Shown here in pieces: positions 24,271-25,488 of a stretch of 25,488 bases of DNA; positions within the stretch are counted from its first letter, which is position 1, and each line of letters opens with the position of its first letter. The notes below the pieces were generated by a model. That model did not search any database and was not told the origin of the DNA. It worked only from the letters and a program-made list of their open reading frames with translations. The position numbers and the translations under genes were made by a program. Source of the DNA: a virus (lineage: Duplodnaviria > Caudoviricetes); the IMG/VR virus record IMGVR_UViG_3300034088_000015, positions 1 through 25,488 of that record, one strand, 5' to 3'.

Positions 24271-25488
24271 TTACGTTAATATGTCTGCGGTCAAAAAATG
24301 GTAGTACGTAGCATCGGCGCCGCCGCCTGCCTGTATGCCTATTTTTGTCTGATTTGATGATAAGTATGTATCGGGTTCGTTCCAGACAGGCTCGCCATCC
24401 ACTAATATAGTGATGGATGTACCATCGGCAATGACCTCAGAATACCCGGTTTTCAAGGCAGGAATACTACGGCGTATTGCTACGCTACCGTTCACAATTT
24501 TATCCAGCTTCGGCCCCACCCGCCAGTAATTGAGCGAGTCGGCAGCACGAAATATCACCCATCCCTCAGTGCCTAGCGCAGCGAATTGCCACATTATCCG
24601 GCAGTGTTCCCCGCCGGTCCCTAAATCAACCAGGGCGCGATTGTTGCCAGTCGTCGTATTATACGCGCGCCCTGTCGAAATACCGAATGCGCCTGCGCTG
24701 ATCACGTACGCTTGGCCAGACGGCGCAGTTCCGAGACTCCCCGCATCGGGTCGTTCGAAATCGTCATAAAACGTATTATTTGTATCTGCCGCAAACACTG
24801 GCAATTCGGCAACAATATCGGCATGGTTAAATTTAGCAGGAGCACGCCTCACTTCCGTAGATGCGATGATGCCGAGATACGCCTCTCCTCGCTCATCTCC
24901 GGATGTTGACGTATTTACAAAACACGATCTGTAAAAACCTTTGGCGTAAACATATCTTTCGGCCGAGAACGTCAGCCCATTATCTGTACTATATGCCTGA
25001 TATAGCGAGCCTCCGCCGCTGCCGCCGTCCTGGATCAACCCCACGATCGATCCGTTTGATTGTCGGACGAAAAATCCGTGCCACCACGAACCGCTGTCGG
25101 GATGAGCTAATGCTATTGCGACGGGATCAGACCAGCCGGCATAGGGATCGGCTCCGCTATTTGTCATCCGCACGAATGCGTTGCCAGCCAGAAGGATATC
25201 GCACCCCATTATTACCCATGTGGTCCCATCATGCCACAGCGACGGGGCCGCGACCCGGCGCACAGCAATACCAGCACCGTAAATCATAACCGGAGTAGTC
25301 CACGTCACGCCGTCCGCCGATTCACACAGCATAAGGCGCTCTTCCGGAGCTGACACGCTGTTGTATCTGTAAAGTAGATACAATTTTGCACCATCCGGAC
25401 TTAACACCAGATGCGGATCGGAATTATACCCTCCGGTGGCCACGTCTGGCGGCGCCGGGACAATGGGGTTGGTTACTCCAGCGGGCAC
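24271..25488 (-). CDS. Asp-box (BNR) beta-propeller glycosidase/sialidase-like protein with C-terminal lectin-like domain (5' truncated)
   Basis: YNSDPHLV, Asp-boxes ESADGVTW and YSTDNGLTF, C-terminal YDDFERPDAGSLG...W-rich beta-sandwich; ORF runs to window edge. Confidence 0.7.
   Translation of the reverse strand: MPAGVTNPIVPAPPDVATGGYNSDPHLVLSPDGAKLYLLYRYNSVSAPEERLMLCESADGVTWTTPVMIYGAGIAVRRVAAPSLWHDGTTWVIMGCDILLAGNAFVRMTNSGADPYAGWSDPVAIALAHPDSGSWWHGFFVRQSNGSIVGLIQDGGSGGGSLYQAYSTDNGLTFSAERYVYAKGFYRSCFVNTSTSGDERGEAYLGIIASTEVRRAPAKFNHADIVAELPVFAADTNNTFYDDFERPDAGSLGTAPSGQAYVISAGAFGISTGRAYNTTTGNNRALVDLGTGGEHCRIMWQFAALGTEGWVIFRAADSLNYWRVGPKLDKIVNGSVAIRRSIPALKTGYSEVIADGTSITILVDGEPVWNEPDTYLSSNQTKIGIQAGGGADATYYHFLTADILT

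Overview
A fragment of a tailed (siphovirus-like) dsDNA phage or prophage genome. Gene style suggests an alphaproteobacterial host (inference). The left part (1-~8000, mostly + strand) is early/replication: a 22-aa-repeat (DUF4116-like) gene end, a T7 gp2.5/DUF2815-like SSB, a short leftward operon, back-to-back sigma70-type promoters, an XRE HTH gene, a UvrD/Rep-like helicase, a family B DNA polymerase and small coupled ORFs. The right part (7954-25488, almost all - strand) is a late operon. In transcription order it has an Asp-box beta-propeller glycosidase-like gene (5' truncated), an unannotated RHH regulator and a six-gene glycan module (three KpsS/KpsC 'Capsule_synth'-like paralogues, a class I SAM methyltransferase, a DxD glycosyltransferase-like protein, an FkbM methyltransferase). 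These are followed by head-tail connector, head closure, an inserted membrane protein, HK97 gp10, tail terminator, tail tube, a tail chaperone with a -1 frameshift, tape measure, distal tail/hub, fibre genes and an endolysin fused to a holin-like membrane region. The most notable candidate system is the glycan module, translationally coupled into the virion morphogenesis operon, which suggests phage-encoded virion glycosylation with a methylated glycan. All family assignments are by eye from motifs and gene order; no searches were run.
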